Notes under the pieces: model-generated
Told to the model about the DNA's origin: nothing
The model's input: only the letters and a program-made list of their open reading frames with translations
Databases searched by the model: none
Assembly (NCBI GenBank): GCA_040389805.1
Contig: JAZJZP010000326.1
Span: 14,298-47,712, forward strand
DNA length: 33,415 nt
Source of the DNA: Pseudomonadota bacterium
Lineage (GTDB): Bacteria > Pseudomonadota > Gammaproteobacteria > Burkholderiales > Burkholderiaceae_C
Reading direction: 5' to 3'
Position numbers and translations under genes: made by a program
Shown: piece by piece, positions 1 through 8,157 of the stretch
How positions within the stretch are numbered: position 1 is the stretch's first letter
Layout: each line of letters starts with the position of its first letter

Positions 1-951
1 GGTGCTGTTCTCAAAAATTAGCGGATAGAAAAACTTGATGGCCTTGATGTCCGAGTACAGGTGCGCCGCCTGCGCCGCGCTCAGGCCCAATGCCTGCGCC
101 AGTTCCGCGGCAGGCCGTTGGTGGTTGTGGGCCCACAGTGCCAGATCCATCTGCGCGTAAGGCAGGGCGAAGTAGAACTCGTCCTGGCCTTGTTGCAGGC
201 TGTAGGTGTCGGTGGTGGGCGTGGCCGAACACACCTCCTCAGGCAACCCCAGGTAGCGGGCCATGGCATAGACCTGGGTCTTGTACAGATGAGCGATCGG
301 CTTGATGTCGGCCGCTCCATCGCCATTCTTGACGAAGAACCCCTGGTCGTATTCGAGTCGATTGGGCGTTCCGATCACGGCGTAATTCAGGCGGTCGGCG
401 TGAAAGTACTCCACCGTCTTGCGGATGCGTTGCTTGTAATTGGTGGCCGCCACGATCTGCAGGTACTCGCGCAACGGCAGTCGCTCCTCGTGCAGCTGAC
501 CATCCGGCGATTGCACGACGAGTTTGAAGTAGTTGATGCGACCCTCAATGCCCCCCGCGATGACGATCTTGCTTTTCCAGTGATCGTTGTAGCCAGGAAA
601 AACCGCGCGCATGGCCTCGTCGCGCCAGCGGTAGCAGCCAATGGCCTCGACAGTGGGGCCGATGTTCTCCACCTGGTAGTTGATGCCCAGTTGCTCGGCC
701 ACCAGGCGACCCTTGTCCGCACTGCCGGCGCTGGAGTCGCGTTCGGGCATCAACAGGCCGAACACCTTCTTGGGCCCCAAGGCACGCACGGCCAGCGCGG
801 CACACACCGAACTGTCGATGCCGCCGGACAAGCCCAGCACCACGCCGCGCCTGTGGAGCTGGTACAGGGAATCGATCAAGTGGCGACCAATGCGGTCGGC
901 CTCGGCGGCATGGTCGAGGTTCAGGACCTCGGATGTCAGGTGCGTTTTCAT
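1..951 (-). CDS. nadE: NAD(+) synthetase-like ATP pyrophosphatase (NadE paralog); no stop codon in window, absent from the ORF track
   Basis: Manual translation from ATG at 951, 2 nt after the ACP stop: MKTHLTSEVLNLD...GVVLGLSGGIDSSVCAALAV (PP-loop SGGxDS)...NYKQRIRK...GTPNRLEYDQGFFVKNGDGAADIKPIAHLYKTQVY...PTTDTY. Frame is open to position 1. Confidence 0.9.
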   Translation of the reverse strand, partial: MKTHLTSEVLNLDHAAEADRIGRHLIDSLYQLHRRGVVLGLSGGIDSSVCAALAVRALGPKKVFGLLMPERDSSAGSADKGRLVAEQLGINYQVENIGPTVEAIGCYRWRDEAMRAVFPGYNDHWKSKIVIAGGIEGRINYFKLVVQSPDGQLHEERLPLREYLQIVAATNYKQRIRKTVEYFHADRLNYAVIGTPNRLEYDQGFFVKNGDGAADIKPIAHLYKTQVYAMARYLGLPEEVCSATPTTDTYSLQQGQDEFYFALPYAQMDLALWAHNHQRPAAELAQALGLSAAQAAHLYSDIKAIKFFYPLIFENST

Positions 952-953
952 GA

Positions 954-1205
954 TCAGGCGGCCTTCTTGCGAGTGACAAAAGTCTCAATGGCATTGAGGC
1001 TGTCGAGGTTTTCCGGGACCATGTCTTCATCGGATACCTTCACGCCGAAGGTGTCCTCAATGAAGAAAATCAACTCCAGAAAACCGGTGGAGTCAACAAG
1101 GTGCAACTCCAGGAACGAGTCGGCATCGGTGAAAGCCGCGCCCTCCGTGCCCATGATGAAGTTGTCGACAATGTATTGGCGGACCTGATCTTTGATGGTG
1201 GACAT
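954..1205 (-). CDS. Acyl carrier protein
   Basis: 83 aa acidic protein with LVDSTGFLELI phosphopantetheine Ser motif and ENLDSL end; in operon with an AMP-ligase. Confidence 0.9.
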   Translation of the reverse strand: MSTIKDQVRQYIVDNFIMGTEGAAFTDADSFLELHLVDSTGFLELIFFIEDTFGVKVSDEDMVPENLDSLNAIETFVTRKKAA

Positions 1206-1242
1206 GATGGCTTTGGTCTGGTTGAAAAAAGGGGATGAGGAC

Positions 1243-2736
1243 TCAGTTCAGTTCGGCCTTGCGGATCTTTCCGGTGTCCGTGGTGGGCAGCGAATCGACA
1301 AATTGAACGTGCTTGGGCGCCATGAAACTTTCCAGACAACCCAGGCAGTGTTTGATCACCTCGCGCTCACTCAGCGTGATGCCAGGCTTGGGCACGACAA
1401 AGGCTTTCACGGCTTGGCCCAGCAAGTCGTCGGGCACGCCGACCACGGCGGCTTCGAACACGCCCTCCAAGGCGTACAAGGCGTTTTCAACCTCGCGGGG
1501 ACTGACCTTCTCGCCCCGGCTCTTGATGATGTCGTCCTTGCGGGACACAAAGTAGAGGTAGCCCTCGGCATCGGTTCGAAACAGGTCGCCGGAATACAGC
1601 ACGGTCTCGCCGGGCAACGGCCCAGGCCTGAGCCGCTGAGCGGTCTCGATCGGCTTGCCCCAGTAGCCCCGCATCACATGGCTGCCGCGGATGACCAGCT
1701 CACCCGTGCTGCCAGGAGGCAGGCGCTGCCCGGCCTCATCGACCAGCCACACCTCTTGGTTGGGCATGCCTTTGCCAACGCTCGTAGGACGAATATCCAA
1801 CTGATCATGCGGCAGGTACGTCACGCGCTTGCACTCGGTCATCCCATACATGGACAACAACTGGGCCTGGGGAAACAGGCCGCGAATCTTGCCTATCAGT
1901 GCCTCGGGCAGCGCGGCGCCCGCATTGGTGATCAGACGCAGGGCGCTCAGGTCATGCTGGGCGATGGCCGTCGGCACGTTTGCAAGGGCTGAGAAAATCG
2001 TGGGCACACCAGGAAAGACCGTCGCACGCTCACGCGCCATGACCTCCAGCACCTTGACAGGGAAGGCGAACGAGCGCTCAAGCACGACCGTGGCCCCCAC
2101 CGCAAAACCCATCAGCACCTGGTAAATGCCATAGCTAAAGGCCAGCGGCAAGGCACACAAGATGACGTCGCTTTCAAGCAAGCCCAGGTAGCTGTTGACG
2201 GCGCGGGCGGCCGACACCATGTTGAGGTGGCTAAGCATCACGCCCTTGGGCTCACCGGTCGTGCCCGAGGTGTAGATGAGGCAGGCCAAATCCTGATCGA
2301 TCAGTGCAGCGTCCGGTCCCAGCAGTCCGTCGTCCGCACCTTCGGGTCGCCCGTCATGCCAGACCGTGTGGACGTGGCTGGCCTGTGTCAGGGCCGGCCG
2401 AGTTGTCGAAGCAAGTGAGGCCTGGGTGATCAGGGCGCTGGCGCCTGAATCGTTCAGCAAGTAGTGGAGCTTGGCTTGTTTGGTCAGCGGGCTGATGGGC
2501 ATGAACACCGCACCAGCCTTGAGCGCGGCAAACATGTTCACGACCAGTTCGGCCGTGTTGTCCATGAACAGCGCCACGCGGTCGCCACGCATGATGCCGC
2601 GCGCCTGCAAAGCCGCCGCCGCCTGGTCGACGCGCTCGGCCAACTCGGAGTAACTGTGTCGCTGATCACCACACACCAAGGCCGTCTTGGCGGGCAAGCG
2701 CGTGGCGGTTTGATCAAAAAAATGGTGCAGCAGCAT
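1243..2736 (-). CDS. AMP-dependent acyl/aminoacyl ligase (ANL adenylation family; resembles exosortase/EPS-associated acyl-CoA ligases)
   Basis: YTSGTTGEPKG, YGMTE, SGDL, RKDDIIKSRGEKV and TGKI motifs; start MLLHHF at 2736 lies 2 nt past the asnB stop. Confidence 0.9.
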   Translation of the reverse strand: MLLHHFFDQTATRLPAKTALVCGDQRHSYSELAERVDQAAAALQARGIMRGDRVALFMDNTAELVVNMFAALKAGAVFMPISPLTKQAKLHYLLNDSGASALITQASLASTTRPALTQASHVHTVWHDGRPEGADDGLLGPDAALIDQDLACLIYTSGTTGEPKGVMLSHLNMVSAARAVNSYLGLLESDVILCALPLAFSYGIYQVLMGFAVGATVVLERSFAFPVKVLEVMARERATVFPGVPTIFSALANVPTAIAQHDLSALRLITNAGAALPEALIGKIRGLFPQAQLLSMYGMTECKRVTYLPHDQLDIRPTSVGKGMPNQEVWLVDEAGQRLPPGSTGELVIRGSHVMRGYWGKPIETAQRLRPGPLPGETVLYSGDLFRTDAEGYLYFVSRKDDIIKSRGEKVSPREVENALYALEGVFEAAVVGVPDDLLGQAVKAFVVPKPGITLSEREVIKHCLGCLESFMAPKHVQFVDSLPTTDTGKIRKAELN

Positions 2737-2738
2737 GG

Positions 2739-4676
2739 TCAGTGAACTGGTTTGCCCAGAATGAACTGCTCGTGCAGCAGCATGGTCGAGAGGATGCCGA
2801 CAAAGGCCATGTTGTCGCCAAAGCCGATGGCCCGCCCGGCCCGGCACTTCTCGAACAGCTTGTTCACAGCAGGGGGATCGAAGTAGCCCGCGTCGGCCAC
2901 GCGAGCCGGGCTGAGCAGCTCAGCCACGTAGTCCACCGGCTGGCCATCCTGAAAGAAACAGGCACTGTCGGGTGCGCGGTAGGGTTGCTTGGTGCGGGTG
3001 CGGATGGCCTCGGGCAGCAAGCCGGCCATCGAGTGCTTGAGCAGGTATTTTTCAGTCAGGCCCATCAGCTTGTAACGTGGCGGCAAGCGGCTGGCGAACT
3101 CGATGACGCGGTGGTCCAGGAAAGGAAAGCGTCCTTCGATCGAATGGGCCATCGCCACGCGGTCGCCTTGCGAGCTGAGCAGATAGCCTGACATCAAGGT
3201 GTGCGCTTCGATGTACTGGTCCTGGTTGAGCGGAGCCCACTGACCGATGTCGGCAGGCAGGTGCTCGGCCATCGCCGCCAGGTGGTCCACGCCGGCCAGG
3301 CTCTGGCGCAGCTGCGGCGTAAAGAATTGCCAGAGGCGCCGCGTGGTGGTCCAGCGCGGCCCATGGGCAAAGTGCGGCTGGCCCAGGTGTTCTGCGCCTT
3401 CACTGAAAAAACGGTGGGCCATCACGCGATTGGCCGCGGGCGAATGGCGCAGATAGGGGTAGAGACGGTCCAGCAGATGGTGGCGCATCCGGGAGCTGGG
3501 CAGGCGCGCCATGAAGCGGCGCACCCGAGCCTCTTTGAACAGGTCGTAGCCGCCAAAGACTTCGTCGGCGCCCTCGCCGGTCAGCACGACCTTGTAGCCG
3601 GCCTCGCGCACGCTGCCCGCCAGCATCATCATGGGCGCAGGGGCGGTGCGCACCATCGGACTCTCGGCATGCCAGATGGCACGTGCAAAGACGGCCGCGA
3701 TGTCGGACTGCTTGCAACGCAGGGCCGTGTGCTCGGTGCCCAGGTAGGCGGCCATCGCCTGCTGCTGCTCGCTTTCATCGAACTCGCTGTCTTCAAACGT
3801 GAGCGAGAAGGTGCGCAAAGGGGTGTCGGTGAAATGCTTGATGAGCGTGGTGATGATGGATGAGTCCAACCCGCCACTCAGGTAGGCGCCAACCGGCACA
3901 TCGGCGCGCAGTTGCAGGCGCACGGCATCGATCAGCAGGGCACGCAACTCGTCGGCCAGATCGACGGCGCTGCGCCGCGTTTCAATGCGCTCGGGCGCGA
4001 AGCTCCAGTCCCAGTAACGCTCCAGGCGTGCCCCTGGCTGCCCGCGCTCATCAATCACCATCAGGTGACCGGGCGGCAGGGCCTGCACCCCCTCGAACAC
4101 TGTGTTCCCGGGCAGCGGTGTCCAGTAGGTGAACACCTCGCCAAGGGCGTGGCTGTTGAGGCGGCGCGGGATGTCGGGCAAGGCCAGCAGCGCCTTGACC
4201 TCGGAGGCGAACGCCAGCCGCGACCCCGTCCAGTTGTAGAACAGAGGCCGAATACCGGTGCGGTCACGCGCCAGAATGAGTCGGCCTTGGCGCACATCCC
4301 ACAAGGCCACGGCGAATTGGCCATTGAGGTGGTCGACAAAGCGCTCGCCATATTGCTCATACAGGTGAACGATCACCTCGGTGTCCGAGCGGGTATAGAA
4401 GTGATGCCCGGTACGCTCCAGCGCCTGGCGCAGTTCGATGTGGTTGAAGATCTCGCCATTGAAGACCACCCAGACACTCTGGTCTTCGTTGTGGATGGGC
4501 TGATCACCCCCCGCCAGGTCGATGATGCTCAAGCGGGCATGGGCCAACCCCACCAGACCTTGGGTGTAGAACCCTTGGCCATCGGGGCCCCGATGGCTCA
4601 ACTGGCCGATCATGTCCTCCAGCGTCGCACGCTCGACGGGGGCTGATCCTCCAAAAATACCGGCGATTCCACACAT
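2739..4676 (-). CDS. asnB: Asparagine synthase-like glutamine amidotransferase
   Basis: N-terminal MCGIAG (Ntn Cys2), HRGPD, FNGEIFN, LSGGLDSS, LTGEGADE and RFPFLD motifs. Confidence 0.93.
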   Translation of the reverse strand: MCGIAGIFGGSAPVERATLEDMIGQLSHRGPDGQGFYTQGLVGLAHARLSIIDLAGGDQPIHNEDQSVWVVFNGEIFNHIELRQALERTGHHFYTRSDTEVIVHLYEQYGERFVDHLNGQFAVALWDVRQGRLILARDRTGIRPLFYNWTGSRLAFASEVKALLALPDIPRRLNSHALGEVFTYWTPLPGNTVFEGVQALPPGHLMVIDERGQPGARLERYWDWSFAPERIETRRSAVDLADELRALLIDAVRLQLRADVPVGAYLSGGLDSSIITTLIKHFTDTPLRTFSLTFEDSEFDESEQQQAMAAYLGTEHTALRCKQSDIAAVFARAIWHAESPMVRTAPAPMMMLAGSVREAGYKVVLTGEGADEVFGGYDLFKEARVRRFMARLPSSRMRHHLLDRLYPYLRHSPAANRVMAHRFFSEGAEHLGQPHFAHGPRWTTTRRLWQFFTPQLRQSLAGVDHLAAMAEHLPADIGQWAPLNQDQYIEAHTLMSGYLLSSQGDRVAMAHSIEGRFPFLDHRVIEFASRLPPRYKLMGLTEKYLLKHSMAGLLPEAIRTRTKQPYRAPDSACFFQDGQPVDYVAELLSPARVADAGYFDPPAVNKLFEKCRAGRAIGFGDNMAFVGILSTMLLHEQFILGKPVH

Positions 4677-4891
4677 ACGTCCTGGAGCCTTCCTGGTGCC
4701 GTTTTGGGTCGTTCCTCCCTTCGGACCATGGGCCGATACCATAGGCAGGACTGAGCCCCATCCTAGGCGGGGGGGTGCCCCTCTCCCAAGCCCTAAAACT
4801 GGGGGGGAAGGCCCCGCAAAAGTTGATGCGGATCAGTTGCCGAACGCGTCCCGGCTATGCTTGGGCCTCACTGCCTGGATTAAACAAGCTC

Positions 4892-5443
4892 ATGAGAATT
4901 CTGGGAATCGACCCCGGTCTACAAACCACTGGTTTTGGCGTCATCGACGCTGACGGGCCGCGCCTGTCTTACGTGGCCAGCGGCACGATCAAAACCAAAG
5001 AAGCTTCCCAGGGTGATTTGCCCGGACGCATCAAGCTCATTTTTGAGGGCGTGCGCGAGGTCATGAGCCGCTACGAGCCCCAGCAGGCGTCGATCGAAAT
5101 TGTGTTCGTCAACGTCAACCCCCAGTCGACCCTGTTGCTGGGTCAGGCCCGTGGGGCCGCACTGGCCGCCCTGGTCAGCCAAGGTGACATAGCAGTGTCG
5201 GAATACACCGCCCTGCAGATGAAAAAAGCTGTGGTGGGGCATGGCCATGCGGCCAAAGAACAGGTGCAACACATGGTGATGCGCCTGTTGCAGCTGCCCA
5301 GCGAGCCCAACAAAGACGCGGCCGATGCGCTGGGGCTGGCCATTTGCCATGCCCATGCCGGGCACTTCATGGCGGCCATGGCCCGATCAACGGACCTGAC
5401 CCGCAAAACCCATGCGCAGATCAAGGGCGGGCGGGTCTACTGA
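4892..5443 (+). CDS. ruvC: Holliday junction resolvase RuvC
   Basis: [44 protein letters not shown] and DAADAL motifs. Confidence 0.96.
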   Translation: MRILGIDPGLQTTGFGVIDADGPRLSYVASGTIKTKEASQGDLPGRIKLIFEGVREVMSRYEPQQASIEIVFVNVNPQSTLLLGQARGAALAALVSQGDIAVSEYTALQMKKAVVGHGHAAKEQVQHMVMRLLQLPSEPNKDAADALGLAICHAHAGHFMAAMARSTDLTRKTHAQIKGGRVY

Positions 5444-5461
5444 TGACCGACCACCCCAGGG

Positions 5462-6616
5462 TCACATGCCTTCTTTGATCAGGCGATCACCCAGAGGCTG
5501 AACCGGGCGTGCGTTGTTCGAATAAAGTCGGCTGAAGATGGCCAGCTGGTCTCGCGACAACGAGGCGGGATGCTTCATCACCATCCACAACACGCCTTCG
5601 CTACACGGTGGCGTGGTGAGCGAGCCCATGTAGGTGTAATACAGACGGGTCTCGGGCAGCATCAGGTTCATGTCCAGCAACACGGGCGCGGCCTGCTCAA
5701 TGCCTTTCTCTAGCGGCAGACTGTTCCAGACCAGTTGCACCATGGGGTTGTCTTTGCCTTGGTCCATCAACACGGCCACCACGGCCAGGCGGCCCTCGGC
5801 GTCTTTGTGCACCAGGTGCGCCACCAGGTCGAACTGTCGACCATTGATGCGCTCTTCACTGGGACGATGAAAGTGGAACTGCAACAGCTCGTAGCGACGC
5901 CCCGTCACCGTGATGAAATTGCCCGGATCGAGGTTCACCTGCACGGTGTGGCCGTTGTCAATGACCCGAAACGCGGTCGGGCGGTACTCAAACTGAATGG
6001 GCTCCAACTGAACCTTGATGCCATCGCGGATGTCGATCGGGCTTTGGCGCTTGCCCAGCATGCATGATTGGAATTCAGGCTTGAGTTGGCCCCAGCTCTG
6101 GGGGCCGGTCGTGCCACCGTATTGCCAATGCAGGTCATGGCCATGGCCATCCTCCTTGGGAAGCAAGGCACCATGGGCATCATGATTGGCAGCCGACGCG
6201 GACGCCCCAGCCGCGCGTGGTTTGCGCGGTGATTTGGCCACCACTTTGACCGCAGGGGCCGCCGCTTGCTTGGCACGCACCTCCGCGATCTTTTGATCAA
6301 TCAGCTCCCGCAAATCCGACATGGACACCGAAGACGGCCCACTGGCGGATGACTCCGCCGGCGCCTCAGGTTGAGCCGCTTTGGCCGCCGCGGCCTTGCG
6401 TTTCAACTCGCCCTTGCCGATGACCTTGGGCCGATCTTCGGCCTCAGACGCGGGCGCGGTGGCGGTGGCGGTCACGGTGGCCGAGGCCGCGTGGCTTGAG
6501 CCACTGTCATGCCCCCCAGACGCATAGGCGCCCATGACCAGACCGAGTCCAGCCGCCAAGGCAAAGAGATGGTGTACACGAAGGGAAAAACGGAACACGG
6601 GCAATCGAAAGGGCAT
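5462..6616 (-). CDS. cah: Exported alpha-class carbonic anhydrase with a long N-terminal extension
   Basis: HWQYGG, QSPIDI, NGHT, QFHFH, HLVH, GSLTTPPCSE and NARPVQP motifs; hydrophobic N-terminal segment; GGAGAG RBS before ATG 6616. Confidence 0.9.
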   Translation of the reverse strand: MPFRLPVFRFSLRVHHLFALAAGLGLVMGAYASGGHDSGSSHAASATVTATATAPASEAEDRPKVIGKGELKRKAAAAKAAQPEAPAESSASGPSSVSMSDLRELIDQKIAEVRAKQAAAPAVKVVAKSPRKPRAAGASASAANHDAHGALLPKEDGHGHDLHWQYGGTTGPQSWGQLKPEFQSCMLGKRQSPIDIRDGIKVQLEPIQFEYRPTAFRVIDNGHTVQVNLDPGNFITVTGRRYELLQFHFHRPSEERINGRQFDLVAHLVHKDAEGRLAVVAVLMDQGKDNPMVQLVWNSLPLEKGIEQAAPVLLDMNLMLPETRLYYTYMGSLTTPPCSEGVLWMVMKHPASLSRDQLAIFSRLYSNNARPVQPLGDRLIKEGM

Positions 6617-6710
6617 GGCTTCTCTCCGGGGAGTCATGCTGCATTTCGGCCAATCGAGCGGGCAACTTGAGTGCCCGGCGCCCTGCCCGCGTTCAAATGG
6701 TGAAAAAAGT

Positions 6711-7037
6711 GTGAAGTCAGCCGATAGGCCGGATTCTGTGCAGCCACCCGTTTTGCAACGGATGACCGTGACCGCCATTCCTCTGGGCCGCCTGTCGCCA
6801 GAACGGCTCAATGCCACCTACCCGCACACTCCCCGGGCCAGGTCAACGTGTGCCTATTTGGTGTTGCTGCGCGTAGAGATTGCCCGTTTCACCCGAACTG
6901 AATCGGCTCGTCTCTGTTGCTCTGATCCTCACCTCGCGGTGGAGAGGTGTTACCTCCTACGCTGCCCTGCGCAGTCCGGACCTTCCTCCAGTGCGGCCTT
7001 TCGGCGATTGCACCAGCGGCGGTCTAGCCGACTTCAC
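6711..7037 (-). ncRNA. rnpB: RNase P RNA, bacterial class A
   Basis: Minus strand reads GTGAAGTCGGCTAGAC...GAGGAAGGTCCGGACT...ACAGAATCCGGCCTATCGGCTGACTTCAC. P1 ends are complementary and both P4 conserved blocks are present. GATAAT -10-like hexamer just upstream, T-run just downstream. Confidence 0.97.
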
Positions 7038-7113
7038 GGTGGCATTATCGCCCAAAGACCCATCAACTCCTTCATGTCCTCGTCGAAGGGATCTACCGCC
7101 CAGTGATGCCATA

Positions 7114-7323
7114 TTATTTCCAGCTCAAATTTAACTTTTTATGTGTGGCAGCACAATCACGCAAATACAGATTGATGAGGCTTTGATAGGGAATTCCGAC
7201 TTCTTCAGATACCGACTTAAAGTAGCTGATGGACTCCTCATCCAATCGGATGGTGATTTGCTTCTTCAGTTGAGCTGCATATGGATTTTTGCGAGATTGA
7301 GAAAAATCATATTCTTTACGCAT
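7114..7323 (-). CDS. brnA: BrnA/CopG-like ribbon-helix-helix antitoxin
   Basis: 69 aa MRKEYDFS...KKQITIRLD...YFK...GIPYQSLINLYL; 10 nt downstream of the toxin gene. Confidence 0.85.
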   Translation of the reverse strand: MRKEYDFSQSRKNPYAAQLKKQITIRLDEESISYFKSVSEEVGIPYQSLINLYLRDCAATHKKLNLSWK

Positions 7324-7333
7324 ATGGGCACCT

Positions 7334-7615
7334 TTATGGGTAGAGTTTCGCTTCCTTGGAGGTCGCTTTTCTAGCTGAGATGATGCGGATGACATTGCCT
7401 TCACTGCGATAACAATGACAAACGACCAACAGTTTGAGGTTGCTGCTCAAACCGAGCAAGACGAAGCGGTCCTCGTCGCCTGAGTGGTCAGGGTCGTCGA
7501 TCAGTCGTGCTTGGTCGTCGCGAAAGACGGTCTTGGCATCTTCGAACGTAATGCCGTGCTTTGTTGCGTTGGTGCGAGCTTTCTGCTCGTCCCATTCGAA
7601 GTGCAGTGTGGACAT
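7334..7615 (-). CDS. brnT: BrnT family RNase toxin
   Basis: FEWDEQKARTNATKHGITFEDAKTVF...EDRF...IRIISARKAT signature. Confidence 0.92.
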   Translation of the reverse strand: MSTLHFEWDEQKARTNATKHGITFEDAKTVFRDDQARLIDDPDHSGDEDRFVLLGLSSNLKLLVVCHCYRSEGNVIRIISARKATSKEAKLYP

Positions 7616-7621
7616 GCGCGA

Positions 7622-7651
7622 ACTGTAACTACACTGTAGTGCACTTGTCAA
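7622..7651 (-). promoter_or_regulatory. Sigma70 promoter of brnTA with an operator palindrome in the spacer
   Basis: Minus strand TTGACA (7651-7646), 18 nt spacer, TACAGT (7627-7622); inverted repeat ACTACA-C-TGTAGT at 7628-7640. Confidence 0.7.
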
Positions 7652-7692
7652 TGCAAACTGTGGTGCGCTGGCTGCCGGAGGACGGGCAGATC

Positions 7693-8157
7693 ATGAAGTA
7701 TTCATTCCAGTCTATTCGCGGCGCCTGGCGTGGCTTGGCACTGCTCGCAGCGCTAGCAAGCGGCCTGATGGCAGGCTGCGCTGCGGGCCCCAGCGCTTCC
7801 GCATCCAAGGACCGGCTGATCAAAGCACAAGCATTGTTTGCGCAGCGCTGCCAAACAGCGGGGGAGAAAATCCATCGCACCGTGGATAACGTCGAAGGAA
7901 TCTACCTGCTCAAAGTCAGGCCTCAACAGATCAATTTTGGAAATCAGTTCTCCTTGGACGATCCCTATGGGCGAGATCTGGGCGGCGACGGCTATATCGA
8001 ATCGTTTGTTCGTGGCAGCTATCAGGCCAATCACGCAGGGACGCCGATTGCGGGCGCCCCGCCGGTGCCACCTCAAGTACGCCAACCTGCAAACACCGCG
8101 CCCCCCAATCAAATCCCAGCCACTTTGAGACTCTGGAGAAACGCCTCGGCGGGCTGA
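7693..8157 (+). pseudogene. Hypothetical lipoprotein, probably C-terminally truncated
   Basis: MKY-hydrophobic-LMAGC lipobox and a globular-looking region up to about GAPP (~8060); after that a Pro-rich tail that overlaps the dsbD 3' end by 49 nt. Confidence 0.55.

Noticed and set aside
61-1188. 375-aa plus-strand ORF
   Set aside because: Antisense shadow of the nadE-like and ACP genes; no recognisable motifs.
6534-7134. ORFs of 190 and 84 aa and the upstream extension of the CA ORF to 6817
   Set aside because: They overlap the RNase P RNA; the CA start with a good RBS is at 6616.
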